From a virus (lineage: Duplodnaviria; Caudoviricetes): a DNA stretch of 25,060 bases. The DNA is taken from positions 1 to 25,060 of IMG/VR virus record IMGVR_UViG_3300027234_000016; one strand, 5' to 3'. The notes under the pieces are model-generated. The model was not told where the DNA came from, did not search any database, and saw nothing but the letters and a program-made list of their open reading frames with translations. The position numbers were made by a program, and so were the translations under genes. This document shows, piece by piece, positions 24,861-25,060 of this stretch (position 1 is its first letter; every line of letters starts with the position of its first letter).

Positions 24861-25060
24861 ATGTCCAAAAAACAGTCTCGTTATTCCGTTAAAGCCAACG
24901 CACGTATGCCAAAACATATGGCTCAGGAAGAAAAGTATACCAGTTACCCACGAACAAGTTTTAATCTTTTACCTAAGAACGAGAAACAAGATACTCTTAT
25001 CTCTTCAATCAAGAAAGCCCCCATTACAGTAACAATTGGTTGTGCTGGGACGGGGAAAAC
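24861..25060 (+). CDS. phoH: PhoH family ATPase (5' part, truncated by the window end; absent from the ORF track)
   Basis: translates to MSKKQSRY...LLPKNEKQDTLISSIKKAPITVTIGCAGTGK, i.e. the PhoH P(K/R)xxxQ motif plus the GxAGTGK Walker A; AAGGA RBS. Confidence 0.85.
   Translation, partial: MSKKQSRYSVKANARMPKHMAQEEKYTSYPRTSFNLLPKNEKQDTLISSIKKAPITVTIGCAGTGK

Noticed and set aside
1-25060. Stop-codon reassignment, or assignment to a named phage family
   Set aside because: Genes tile densely under the standard code with TAA, TAG and TGA all used as stops; taxonomy cannot be supported without a database comparison.

Overview
A 25 kb piece of a tailed dsDNA bacteriophage genome, with essentially all genes on the + strand. 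A marine alphaproteobacterial (Roseobacter-like) host is inferred from DUF1127, class II RNR, MazG and PhoH. Left part (1-10.5 kb): small, mostly acidic ORFs plus replication and nucleotide-metabolism genes (stand-alone NAD-ligase Ia-like domain, MazG-like protein, 5'-3' exonuclease, GIY-YIG nuclease, T7 gp4-like primase-helicase, B12-dependent NrdJ, glutaredoxin). Middle (10.5-11.2 kb): a non-coding hub with a 25-bp G-U-rich hairpin, tRNA-Arg(UCU), a degenerate tRNA-like element and an unannotated ~150-nt four-way-junction structure just downstream of a thrice-repeated 24-bp promoter-like motif. Right part: TerS and TerL embedded in five paralogous, very basic proteins sharing a KxALxKA(V/I)KASA motif (two carry a possible ADP-ribosyltransferase-like domain), then two modular tail fibres, a fibre chaperone and the start of phoH. 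All functional calls come from motif recognition by eye; no database searches were run.
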